From Calditrichota bacterium (GTDB lineage Bacteria > CLD3): a DNA stretch of 64,000 nucleotides. Below are positions 1-10,400 of this stretch, piece by piece; position 1 is the stretch's first letter; every line of letters starts with the position of its first letter. The position numbers and the translations under genes were made by a program. The notes under the pieces were generated by a model that was given only the letters and a program-made list of their open reading frames with translations, had not been told where the DNA came from and did not search any database. The stretch is from assembly GCA_008501735.1 (NCBI GenBank), contig QQUF01000033.1, forward strand, positions 65,727 through 129,726. Direction: 5' to 3'.

Positions 1-671
1 GTGTTTTGTTGTCCGTGACCTGTTGTAAAGATTTTCATTTTTACAGAATCAGTTGTTGCATCAATGAATCTTTTTTGTGGTGTTAACTTATCAGCAATTG
101 GGTCATCTGGATTGCCATAAACTGTATAATAATTTTGCCAAAGATTTTCAACTTTAAATGGATATGAAACTGTTTCACCAATATCAGCTTCGATAAATTC
201 AAATTCAGTTGTAACTAACCAGCCTCTTTCACCACCAATGTAACTTTCGATTCGGCTTCTCATTGTTACAGAATCAGTAAGCATTGTTTGGTATTCGGTT
301 ACGTCCATTTCCCAAGTGCAAGAACCTGGTCCACCAGTTGTTTGCGGATTTATACTGTAAGGAGTGATGATTCTAGCAATTTCGTAGTAAGTAGTGTCAT
401 TAGTCCAAATATTAATGTAACCTGTTCTATCCCAAGGATCACAATCTGCACCTGGAGTTGAATATGGACAAGCAATTGTGTAGTAAAGAGTTACTTTACT
501 AAAAATTTTACCATTGTTGTCAGGAAAGACAAAAACTGAGTCGTGAGGGTCAGCCCAATTGTGAAATTCCTCATCAAAAGTAGTTACATAAGTAGTATCG
601 CCTGGAGCTGCAAATGAAAAATTTGCAACTGCGAGTAAAACGAAAATTAAAAGAGATAACTTTTTATTCAT
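1..671 (-). CDS. Peptide-N-glycosidase F (PNGase F)-family secreted protein, 5' part (runs off the window's left edge; absent from the ORF track)
   Basis: Manual translation from ATG at 671: signal peptide MNKKLSLLIFVLLAVANFSFA, then PNGase F-type motifs CDPWDR, EIARIITPY, WEMDVTEYQ, TTGHG; frame open to position 1. Confidence 0.8.
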   Translation of the reverse strand, partial: MNKKLSLLIFVLLAVANFSFAAPGDTTYVTTFDEEFHNWADPHDSVFVFPDNNGKIFSKVTLYYTIACPYSTPGADCDPWDRTGYINIWTNDTTYYEIARIITPYSINPQTTGGPGSCTWEMDVTEYQTMLTDSVTMRSRIESYIGGERGWLVTTEFEFIEADIGETVSYPFKVENLWQNYYTVYGNPDDPIADKLTPQKRFIDATTDSVKMKIFTTGHGQQN

Positions 672-699
672 TTTGTACCTATAGATTTAAAACTAAAGA

Positions 700-3600
700 T
701 TAATTATTTGCTGTAATTTTGTAAAAATATTTTGTATTTGCACCAACATTTGTATCCGTCCAAGAGTTGGTGTTTACATTTGCAATTTCTGTAAATCCCG
801 AATTAGGACTTGTGCTTCTATAAATTTTGTAAGAAATGGCTCCTGCTGTTGGATTCCAACTTAGAACAACATTTGTATTTGATTTTGAAATTGAAACTGG
901 TGTCATTTGTCCCAATGTTGAGCCAACAACCAATGTTACAGGAATTGTAATGTTTGCATTAGTTGTGTCGTCAGAATTTACCACTAAATCCACAGAATAA
1001 TTTCCGTTTATTAGGTTCGCCGCATCAAAATTTAATGTCAAATTATCGGTAGAAAGTGCCGAAACTGTTCCGCCATTTTGCGAAAGTGTCAACCAATTTG
1101 AAGTCTGTGTTGGTGGATAAAATTCAACTGCTAAATTATTTGTAACGTAAGCGGCATTTTGAACTACTTCAAGTCCGTCAGTTCCGCTTGAATTTTCAAT
1201 TCCAACAACTGCTCCCGTTAAAGTTCCTGTAATATTTTCGTATTGAAATTTAATTTCGCCGTTTGAATTGAGAATCATCTGAAATGTTGCACCGTTTGTT
1301 GTAGCGTATTCGGGCCAATCATCGAACTGAACAATAAATTCATTTCCATTTGTTTCGTAAAAAACGTCTCCTTGTGCACTTCCATCTAAGTCGTCCCAAA
1401 ACCCTGCAATTAAATTATTTGGAGTTCCACCTGAGGGTAAAGATTGGTTTATGTAAGTATCTCCTGTGAAAATGTCAAAAGTCAAAAATCCGTTGCTTCC
1501 AATGTAAACGTCTGAATAACTGTTTCCATAAAAATCGAAGGCAAAACCAATCGGAACAAACGCATAACCTTCGTCTTCTCCGTCATAAGTCGAAGTCGCT
1601 GTCCAATTTGTAGCTAAAGTTCCTGTCCCCGAAATATCTGTCCAAGAGTAAGTTGGTCCGTTTGGCTCGTTGGAGTCTTTCCATTCGTAACCAAAAGTGT
1701 CAGGACCTCCTGCGGAATTTGTTTGCGGAGTTCCTGTTCCGGCAGCCGAATTGTTGCCTTTCGGCAATTTGGTTGCAGAGATTTGTGAAGTATTTTTCTT
1801 GCTCGAAATTGGTGAAGTAACTGAATAATTTTGCAAACTTGCTGTGTAAGTTAAATCCGAAGAACCTGCGTTTGAATTTGTAATTCCGATAATTTGAGAA
1901 GAAGTCTGGCCACTTGCTAAAGTTTCGGAAATTGAATTTTGGCTTACATAAATTGTCGGAGCTTTGTCGTTTACAGTAATTCCAACAGTGCTTGCAGAGC
2001 TGCTCAAACTTCCGTCGTCAACAACAAGACTAAAAGTCAAAATTTCACTTCCGTTGATTTCTGGAGCGGTGAAAGTTGGATTTACAACTGAGTTTGAACT
2101 TAGAGTTACAGTTGTTCCGCTTGTTTGAGTCCAAGTATAATTTAATGGGTCATTCTCTGGGTCAGAGCTTCCTGAACCGTCAAGAGTAACTTGTAAACCT
2201 TCTGTAATTGTTTGATTTGAACCTGCGTTTGCTGTTGGAGGCTGATTTCCACCAGCGACAAGTGAGATTGGAATCGTTACAATTGGATTACTTGAGTCAT
2301 TTGAGTTAATTTGTAAATCCGCTGTATAAGTTCCGCTTGCTATTCCATTGGAATTGAAATCAAGTGTTAAATTAGTGCTTCCGTTTGCTGAAATAGCTCC
2401 ACTAATCGGTGAAACTGAAATCCAATTTGTGTTTGCTGGAGTTGTAAACTCGATTGCCATTGAATTTGCAACATAAAGTGCGTTGTTTATCACTGAAAGT
2501 CCATCAGTTCCATTAGCATCTTCAATTCCTACAGAACAACTGCTTGTTGATCCTAAAATATTTTCATATTGGATTTTGATTGAGCCATTCGAATTCAAAA
2601 TTACTTGGAAAGTATTTCCTGATGTAGTTCCATAATTTGGCCAATCGTCAAATTGAATTATAAATTCATTGCCAATAGTTTGATAAAAAACGTCTCCTTG
2701 AGCAGTTCCGTTTAAATCGTCCCAAAATCCTGCAATTAAATTATCTGGAATAGTTGAGCTTGGCAAAGATTGATTTGTCCAAGTATCTCCTGTGAAAGAA
2801 TCGAAGCTTACAAAACCATTAGTACAAATGTAAACACTCGTGTAAGTATTTCCATAAAAATCAAAATTGAAACCAATTGGTGCTTGAGCAATTCCTTCAT
2901 CTTTTGGGTCATAAGATGAAATTGCTGTCCAAGTTGCAAGATTTCCAGTTCCTGAAATGTCTGTCCAATTGTAAGTTGGTCCGCTGATTTCATTAGAATC
3001 TTTCCATTCATAACCAAAAGTATCAGGTCCTCCGAAAGAATTTAATTGTGGGTTTCCTGTTCCGCTTTTAGAATTATCGCCTTTTGACAAGTTTTGAGTA
3101 ATTTGTGAAATTACTGAATTGCCTTTTTTCTTTTGCGGTGAAGTCGAAGTTAAGTTTTGCAAACTTGCAGTAAAAGTCAAATCTGGTGAACCTGCTGCAA
3201 TGTTAGAAACCATTACATTTTGGCTTGAAGTCTGCCCAAGAGCAAGATTTTCATTCACAGAACTTGGTGAGACCGAAATTGTAGGTGGAATTACAAATGA
3301 ATTCTCGACTGAGACATCGTCAATACAAATATCACTTGTGTAACCTGAACCTGTAATGGCTCTAAATCTAACACGAATATTCTCACCTGCAAAAGCTGAA
3401 AGGTCAACTGTTGCTTCTTGCCAAACATCAGAACTTGAAGTTTGCTGTTGTCCTGTAAGTGTAAAAACAGAGTTTGTGTAGGTGTTAGTTCCTAAGTCCA
3501 AAACATCAATGTCAAGACTTCCCATTTCCAGTCCGTAAAGGTGAAACCAAAATTTTAGCTCTGGAGAACTTATTGAAGTAAAATCGAAACAAGGAGAAAG

Positions 3601-5811
3601 CAAGTAAGAAATTTTGCTCGGATAGTTTGGAGAAGAAGATTCTGTATAAAGATAACTTCCACTTCCGCTTGTGTTGTCTCCATTTGGTCCTGTATTTGAA
3701 GAAGGTGTTGGACCAGAAATTACACTCCAATCAAAATCTTCACCGCTCACATTTTCCCAACCGTCAGCGGAAATCGCTAAAGGTTCGGAAAAAGTATCAA
3801 AATTTTGTGCGTAAGGGTAAGCAGTGACACAAGGAGCAGAAATATTTATTTGAAGCGGGTTTGTAAATCCATTCGACGGAACAAGTGGAAACAGTCCGTT
3901 TGAACTTGTTTCATATTTCAAATAAATTGAGTACTGACCGCCAGGAGAAGTAATATTTGGTTTTGAAAAATTAAGAGTTTGCGTTGCACCGCTTACCAAA
4001 GTTTGGTTATTAAGAACATCTATGTCAGCAATAAAACCACCATTCACATCGTGAAGTGCTAAGTAAAAATTGCCGTTCCAAGTTTGTGAATCTGTGTTTT
4101 GAACTGAAACGGTTGCACTTACAGATTGTCCTGTTACCATAGGATTTGGAGTTACAGCAATTGCGGAAGTCATCACAACAGTTGTTGGAATTGAAACAAA
4201 TTGGACGGCAGACATTGCATTCACACTTCCGTAACCGAGTTCATTCGACCAAGTTCCGTTCGGCTGATTTGAAACACCTGAATTGTAAGAGTAACCACCA
4301 ACTTTATCGCAAGTTGACTCAATTGCGAAACGAGCCTGAGTTTCCGTCAAAGTTGGGTCTGCGGACAAAATCAAAGCCATTACTCCCGCCGCATTTGGGC
4401 AAGCACTCGAAGTTCCGTTAAAAGTTGCTGTGTAATCTCCACTGTTATAGCCAAGTACACCTGAAATATCAGTTGTATAAATTTTTACTCCAGGAGCAGC
4501 AATGTCAAGATTTGTTCCATAATTTGAACCCCACCAACTTTCGTTGTCGCAAGAAGAAGGGCTTTTTCTTTCGTTACACATACTCATTGCTGCAACAGAA
4601 ATTACATCTGAAAGATAGGCTGGATAATTAACGGAAGAATCGTCATTTCCAGCTGAGAAAAGCACAGGTGAACCAAGTCCTCCTCTTCCACTTGTAATTG
4701 CACCATTAATTGCAGAATTTATTGCTGAAGAACTGCTTCCACCTCCCCAAGAATTGCTCAAAATATCTGCATTTCCTGTTTGCCAAGCCCAATTTGTTGC
4801 ATTTGCAATCCAAGTATTTGAAGTTACCCAACCGCTTCCGTCGTCGTAAGCAATTCTTACAGGAACGATTTTGCAAGAGTAAGCGACTCCTGCGACTCCG
4901 ATTGAATTATTTGCAGTTGCGGCAACAATTCCCGCACAAGCAGTTCCGTGAGCGTCATCGTTTGAAGGAGCTCCGTTACTTCCTTGTCCTGTTGCGTCGT
5001 AACCTGGAAGCAAATTTCCGACTAAGTCAGGGTGAACCAAATCAACACCTTCATCAAGAATTGCAACTTTTATGCTTGAAGAACCTGTTGTCATATTCCA
5101 AGCAAGGTCAACGTCCATATCTGCATCATTCACTCCGTTCCAAGTGCTTGTGTTTGTGCCTGTGTTTTCAAGCGACCATTGATTTCCGTAAAAAGTGTCG
5201 TTTGTAAATTTTTTGAGTAAAAGAATAAAATTAGGCTCTGAGTATTCAAAAATACCAGTTTCATAAAATTTATTTGCTAATTCCAAAGCATTACCAGAAG
5301 AATTTTTGTCTGCTAAAAGCGTGTAAAGATTTGGTTGAAATTCGTTTTCGGCAAGAATCCTAACGTCATTATTTTTTGCTAATTTTTCAAGTTTTCCAAA
5401 GTCAGAATGGCTTCTAAGTTTTACCAAAAACTCTTCCCAAATTCCTTGATAGGTTCCGTCTTCATAAATTAGAAAAGGAGTTGCATAAAGGATTTCATTT
5501 TTGGCTTCAAGTCTTGCCAAAAGGCTTTCAATTTCTGAATCTGAAATTTTATCTTTTAATGTTACAATTGAAATTTTCGGTGCAGGAAGTTCCATTTTTT
5601 TAGTAAAAAGATTTAGGCTTTTCTCATTTTTAAGTAGAACTTTCTTTTCCTCAAAGGTAAGATTATTGGAAAATTTGATAATTATTTTGTCAGTTGCTAA
5701 ATTTAAACTTTGTTCTCCATCGGGAGAATAATAAAAGTGATTTTTTGAAAAAATTAAATTTGATGATACAACAATAAAAAAAAAGCAAAATGCTTTGGTA
5801 AAAATGTTCAT
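700..5811 (-). CDS. Secreted S8 (subtilisin-like) serine protease, multidomain: propeptide, S8, CARDB-like, MAM, two nidogen/Ig-like repeats, PKD/REJ-like, C-terminal FN3-like module
   Basis: Catalytic triad motifs ILDEGVD, HGTACAG, FNGTSSACP; MAM motif TGPNGDNT..GSYLYTESS; duplicated GGPDTFGYEWKDSNE units; N-terminal signal peptide. Confidence 0.9.
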   Translation of the reverse strand: MNIFTKAFCFFFIVVSSNLIFSKNHFYYSPDGEQSLNLATDKIIIKFSNNLTFEEKKVLLKNEKSLNLFTKKMELPAPKISIVTLKDKISDSEIESLLARLEAKNEILYATPFLIYEDGTYQGIWEEFLVKLRSHSDFGKLEKLAKNNDVRILAENEFQPNLYTLLADKNSSGNALELANKFYETGIFEYSEPNFILLLKKFTNDTFYGNQWSLENTGTNTSTWNGVNDADMDVDLAWNMTTGSSSIKVAILDEGVDLVHPDLVGNLLPGYDATGQGSNGAPSNDDAHGTACAGIVAATANNSIGVAGVAYSCKIVPVRIAYDDGSGWVTSNTWIANATNWAWQTGNADILSNSWGGGSSSSAINSAINGAITSGRGGLGSPVLFSAGNDDSSVNYPAYLSDVISVAAMSMCNERKSPSSCDNESWWGSNYGTNLDIAAPGVKIYTTDISGVLGYNSGDYTATFNGTSSACPNAAGVMALILSADPTLTETQARFAIESTCDKVGGYSYNSGVSNQPNGTWSNELGYGSVNAMSAVQFVSIPTTVVMTSAIAVTPNPMVTGQSVSATVSVQNTDSQTWNGNFYLALHDVNGGFIADIDVLNNQTLVSGATQTLNFSKPNITSPGGQYSIYLKYETSSNGLFPLVPSNGFTNPLQINISAPCVTAYPYAQNFDTFSEPLAISADGWENVSGEDFDWSVISGPTPSSNTGPNGDNTSGSGSYLYTESSSPNYPSKISYLLSPCFDFTSISSPELKFWFHLYGLEMGSLDIDVLDLGTNTYTNSVFTLTGQQQTSSSDVWQEATVDLSAFAGENIRVRFRAITGSGYTSDICIDDVSVENSFVIPPTISVSPSSVNENLALGQTSSQNVMVSNIAAGSPDLTFTASLQNLTSTSPQKKKGNSVISQITQNLSKGDNSKSGTGNPQLNSFGGPDTFGYEWKDSNEISGPTYNWTDISGTGNLATWTAISSYDPKDEGIAQAPIGFNFDFYGNTYTSVYICTNGFVSFDSFTGDTWTNQSLPSSTIPDNLIAGFWDDLNGTAQGDVFYQTIGNEFIIQFDDWPNYGTTSGNTFQVILNSNGSIKIQYENILGSTSSCSVGIEDANGTDGLSVINNALYVANSMAIEFTTPANTNWISVSPISGAISANGSTNLTLDFNSNGIASGTYTADLQINSNDSSNPIVTIPISLVAGGNQPPTANAGSNQTITEGLQVTLDGSGSSDPENDPLNYTWTQTSGTTVTLSSNSVVNPTFTAPEINGSEILTFSLVVDDGSLSSSASTVGITVNDKAPTIYVSQNSISETLASGQTSSQIIGITNSNAGSSDLTYTASLQNYSVTSPISSKKNTSQISATKLPKGNNSAAGTGTPQTNSAGGPDTFGYEWKDSNEPNGPTYSWTDISGTGTLATNWTATSTYDGEDEGYAFVPIGFAFDFYGNSYSDVYIGSNGFLTFDIFTGDTYINQSLPSGGTPNNLIAGFWDDLDGSAQGDVFYETNGNEFIVQFDDWPEYATTNGATFQMILNSNGEIKFQYENITGTLTGAVVGIENSSGTDGLEVVQNAAYVTNNLAVEFYPPTQTSNWLTLSQNGGTVSALSTDNLTLNFDAANLINGNYSVDLVVNSDDTTNANITIPVTLVVGSTLGQMTPVSISKSNTNVVLSWNPTAGAISYKIYRSTSPNSGFTEIANVNTNSWTDTNVGANTKYFYKITANN

Positions 5812-5846
5812 TTAAATGCTCCACAGCTTAAAGTTTTATTCTAATG

Positions 5847-5875
5847 AATTTACTTTAAGAGGATTCAAAAGTCAA
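5847..5875 (-). promoter_or_regulatory. Putative sigma70 promoter of the S8 protease/PNGase unit
   Basis: TTGACT-17 bp-TAAATT on the minus strand, ~35 bp upstream of the ATG at 5811; GGAG SD present. Confidence 0.5.
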
Positions 5876-5898
5876 TTTGCTTATTTTAGAGCATTTTT

Positions 5899-7347
5899 TC
5901 AGATATCGTCTAAATCTAATTTCTTCGGTAAATCCACCATATCAACATTATCTAAATATTTTACTAATTGAGGATCTTTTACAGATTTAAACCTATCCAA
6001 AATTTCAATTATTTTTTTGACAGACTTTTCCAATTTGAGAAATAGGTTTTGTTCTTTTGTGCTTAATTCTATTTCTATTGACTCTTTAAGTAATTCAATT
6101 ATTCCAATAATTACTGTAATTGGCTGGTTTAACTCGTGATTTGCTGTCACAACAGTTGCGAGGAATGTAGCCTTTCTTTCTGACTCAATTAACTGTTTCT
6201 GCATTTGTTTTAGTTTATTATTTGCCGATAAAAGTTCTACATTTTTGAATCTATATAACTCTGTTTCATACTTTTTTTGTATCTCAATTGATTTAATGTG
6301 AAAAATTTCATTTCTAAATTTAGTTTGTAATTCTAAAATCTTCTTTGATGATTCTTCGCTTAAAATTTCATCCTTAATTTCTGAATAAACTCTTTGATTC
6401 TCATATGCTAGTTCAAATTCTTTACTCTTAGCATAAACCTTTGATAACAAATAAGTTATATCCTTTAAAGTAATTTTGTTTTTCAGTTCTTCTGCTATTT
6501 TTAAAGCAATTTGTAAGTTCTCGATAGCTTTTTCATAATTGCCTAGTTCGAAATAAGTATTTCCAATTATTTTGTAAGACTCTAAAATTCCAGTTTTAAT
6601 ATTATTTTTTTTATAAAAAGATAAAGCAAAATTTGAATTTGAAATCGCTAATAAATACTCTTTTTTTGCTAAATGTAATGAACCTAATTTATTTAAAGAA
6701 CTTGCTATTCCCTTAGAGTCATCTAATTTTTCTTTAATTTTGAGAGCTTTGTTATAAGCCTCAAAAGATTTTTCATATTCTTTTAAGGCTAAAAATATAT
6801 TTCCAATATTATCTAAGGTATATGTTATTAATCTTTTTTCGTCAACCTCCTTGAAACATTCTTTTGCTTCTTTGTAGTATTTAATCGCTTCTTCTAGTCT
6901 ATTAATTTTTTTATAAATCACACCTATATTATTAAATGCTATTCCAATTTGCCTTTTATCTTGAGTTTCTTTACAAATACTTAAAATGCGAAAATTTAAT
7001 TCTAAGGTTCTCTCAAAATTTCCCAACTTAAAATAATAATCACTAATACAATTAATACTTTTAACTAAATTCTTTTTATCATTTAATCTTTTAAAAATTT
7101 TATAAGCTCTTAAGAAATATTTTAATGCTTCATATATATTCCCTTTTTCCACAAAAAGAATCCCAATGCAAATATTACTTTTCCCCTCTCCAACTTTAAA
7201 ATTAATCTTTTCTGAATCGGTTTTTGCTTTTTCAAAATAAAGTTGACTTTTATCAAAATCGCATGACTTTTGATACTCTTTGCCTTTTTGAATGAGCTCT
7301 TCAACTTCACTAAATTTATCAGAATTAATGTCTGTTTTGATTTTCAA
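5899..7347 (-). CDS. TPR-repeat protein with C-terminal HisKA (DHp) domain but no HATPase domain
   Basis: About 7 TPR repeats (e.g. NNIGVIYKKINRLEEAIKYY), coiled coil, H-box TANHELNQPITVI; the protein ends ~75 aa later with no N/G1/F/G2 boxes. Confidence 0.8.
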   Translation of the reverse strand: MKIKTDINSDKFSEVEELIQKGKEYQKSCDFDKSQLYFEKAKTDSEKINFKVGEGKSNICIGILFVEKGNIYEALKYFLRAYKIFKRLNDKKNLVKSINCISDYYFKLGNFERTLELNFRILSICKETQDKRQIGIAFNNIGVIYKKINRLEEAIKYYKEAKECFKEVDEKRLITYTLDNIGNIFLALKEYEKSFEAYNKALKIKEKLDDSKGIASSLNKLGSLHLAKKEYLLAISNSNFALSFYKKNNIKTGILESYKIIGNTYFELGNYEKAIENLQIALKIAEELKNKITLKDITYLLSKVYAKSKEFELAYENQRVYSEIKDEILSEESSKKILELQTKFRNEIFHIKSIEIQKKYETELYRFKNVELLSANNKLKQMQKQLIESERKATFLATVVTANHELNQPITVIIGIIELLKESIEIELSTKEQNLFLKLEKSVKKIIEILDRFKSVKDPQLVKYLDNVDMVDLPKKLDLDDI

Positions 7348-7435
7348 TTTCAGTTTCTTTATTAAAAATTATTGTTATGTTTAGAAACAAATTAATGTTC
7401 AAATAAATTTCTGAAATTATCAAAAAAACTTCGTC

Positions 7436-7451
7436 AATGACCTAAATCACA
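7436..7451. promoter_or_regulatory. CRP/FNR-family-like operator
   Basis: AATGA-CCTAAA-TCACA versus consensus TGTGA-N6-TCACA; centred at -61.5 relative to a TAATTT -10 hexamer (7389-7394) facing the TPR-HisKA gene. Confidence 0.45.
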
Positions 7452-7469
7452 TAATTTTACCTTTCATAA

Positions 7470-10400
7470 CTACTCAACAGTTACAACATAAAACCATTTC
7501 CCACTACTTACCGCACCAAAATCTGTAAAATTTAAATTCGTGGTTTGCCCGATTGGTGTTAACCCTGAAACATCGGTAATCGGTATTGATTCTCTATAAA
7601 TTTTATAATTCGTTCCGCCACTAACAGCTGACCAATTCAAACTTATGTCGTTTCCATTCTCTATAATTTGTAAATCTGTAATTGCAGGTAAAACCCCTGA
7701 ACTTACAGTTATGTAATCCACTCTTAAAGTGTCATCAGAATTTGCTCCATTGAAAACTGCGAGACGAACCGAGTAAGTTCCTGCACTTGTGTAAATATGA
7801 GTAGGATTTTGAGTAGAATCGTCAACAACTCCATCGTTATCAAAATCCCATTGCCAAGTTTGAATTTGTTCAGGAAAGGAAAACGATAAATCCGTAAAAT
7901 CAACACTCAAAGGAGCATTTCCACTTTGAACATTGCTTATAAAGTTTGCTTCCAAAGGAATTGGCAAATCATTAAAAGTTACTAAATCTAAAGTCTGCAA
8001 AGTCTGAGTTTCGTCTAAAATTAGTTGTCTATTTCCAATCGAATCTTCCCAGACAGTTGTTCCGGTACTCGTCAAGTAAATAAATTTGTATTCCTGTTGA
8101 ATATCAGCACAAACTGGAAAATTATAAGTCCCTGCAAAAATGTCATCTGTAAGCTGTGTAAGCTGAAAATCAAAAACGTCCCAATTATTAAATGTTCCAA
8201 CTACATAAGAACTTAATACATTGTCCTGAACTCCTCCAAGGTGAACTTGAAAATAAATATCAGAGGTTTGAGCAGTTTTCAAAATTGCCGAGTCATCAAA
8301 AATCACTTCATCTAAAACAGTGTCTCCGTTTGCTTCACTTAGTTGTAAAATCCTGTTCTGAATACCATTTTCCCACTGAATCGTAGAGTCTCCGTCAGCG
8401 TAGAAAATAAATTTATACTCCTGACTTTTCGTATCACCAACTTGGAATTGATGAATTCCTTCAAAAACTAAATCTGAATTAGAATCCGTTAAAGTCATCG
8501 AATTGTTCAGCCAATCGGTAAAACTTCCAACAACTTTTACACTATCTAAAGTCGCATCGCAAAAATTATACAAATTCACTTTAAATGTTGCGTTAATATT
8601 TTGCGTCAAAACATCACCAAAACTTGCCAAATCCAAAGTTTGTGAGTTGTTCAAGTCGTCAATCGTAAAACTTCGATTTCCAGTGTTTTCCCAAAAAATA
8701 TCCGTTCCGTCAGAATAAGTAAATTTAAAATTTTGGACTTTCTCACTACAACTAGGAAAATTTAAAGTCAAATCGTAAATATTACCGCTCACCAAATTCA
8801 TTTCCAAGCTATCGGCTTGCCAATTAGCAAAATCACCTGTTACAAAAATATTTGTAAAACCGCTTTGAATCGAACTCACATCAACTTGAAAAGTAACGTC
8901 TACTCCTTGAGTAGTTACGTTTGTCGGCGGAATTTCATTGAAGAAAACTGTTGCCAAAGTCGTGTCAGAATTTGAATCGTCAATCGAAAGTAAACGGTTT
9001 CCGATTTCATCTTCCCAATGAATTTCAATTGTAGAATCCGAGTAGTAAACAAATTTAAATTCTTGTTCAGAAGTGTCTCCAATACTAAAAGTGTGAGAAA
9101 TTTCATAAATATTATCGTTGTTCAAATCTTCCATTTTTATCGGAGAAACTGGCCAATTTGTGAAAGTTCCAACTAACTTCACGCTGTCAATCTGAACAGC
9201 ACACAAAGCACTTAAATCAACTGAAAAATCAACTTCAACATTTTGCGAAATTCCACCTTGTTGGCTTGCGGCGATGTAGTTTACTTTTGTCAAAGTATCG
9301 CTCAAAGTTCCGTCTGAAACGATTAAAGTAACGTCATAATTTCCGACTGTGTTAAACGCGAAATTTGGATTTTTATCGGTTTTGTCAATTGTTCCGTCTG
9401 AATCGAAATCCCATTCCCAACTTGTTATCGGACTTGCTCCGTCAACCGAAAGGTCAACGAAATCAACGCTTAAAGGAACATTTCCACTCAAAGGAGTTGC
9501 GGAAAATCCTGCTTGCGGACTAATCGGCAAATTGTTGAAAGTAACTAAATCCAAAGTTTGAGTTGTGTCAGAGTCGTTAATTTGTAAGTTTCTGTTTGAG
9601 ATTTGAGTTTCCCAAACAAAGTCTGTTCCGTTGTGATAAACGAATTTGTAATCTTGTTCTCCGTCTGAACATTCAGCAAAGAAATTGCTTCCTCCGTAAA
9701 CGGTACCACTAATTTGTTCTAATTTCAAACCTGTTGGATTCCACCCGAAAAACTCACCAGTAACAAAAACCGAGTCAACATTTTCAGTAACAACACTCAA
9801 ATCAACTTGAAAAGTAACTTCTACGCCTTGAGAAATTGAACTTGAGTAAGTGTCGTTAAAGAAAATGGTGTTTAAAGTAGAATCTGCAACTGTTTCGTCT
9901 AAAGTTAAAATTCTGTTAGCAACTGATTCCCAGTTCGGACTTGCGTTTCCATTCAAAAAATTAATAAACTTAAATTCTTGGTTTACAACCGTTCCTGCAA
10001 CAAAAAGATAACTTCCTGTAAAAATCAAATCTCCGTCAGAATCGGTTAATTCCAAGGCATTTGCACCTGAGTTCCAGCCTGTGAAAGTTCCAGTTGCTTT
10101 TACAGAATCAATTTGGTCGTTGCAAAAAGCACTCAAGTCAACTTGGAATGTAACCAAAACATCTTGGTCAACTCCGTCCAAAGCAACGTCAATGTGGTTA
10201 TTTTTCGTTTCGGTCAAAGTTGTTGCTCCGTCTGAAACAGTTAGCGAAACCGTGTAAGAACCTTGTGAATTGTAAATGTAAGTTGCAGTTTGCCCTGTTG
10301 CATCGGTTGTTCCGTTTCCGTCAAAATCCCAGTTCCAAGACTGAATCGGATTTGCTCCGGCTTTTGCAAGGCTTACAAAATTTACTTCCAAAGGCAAATT

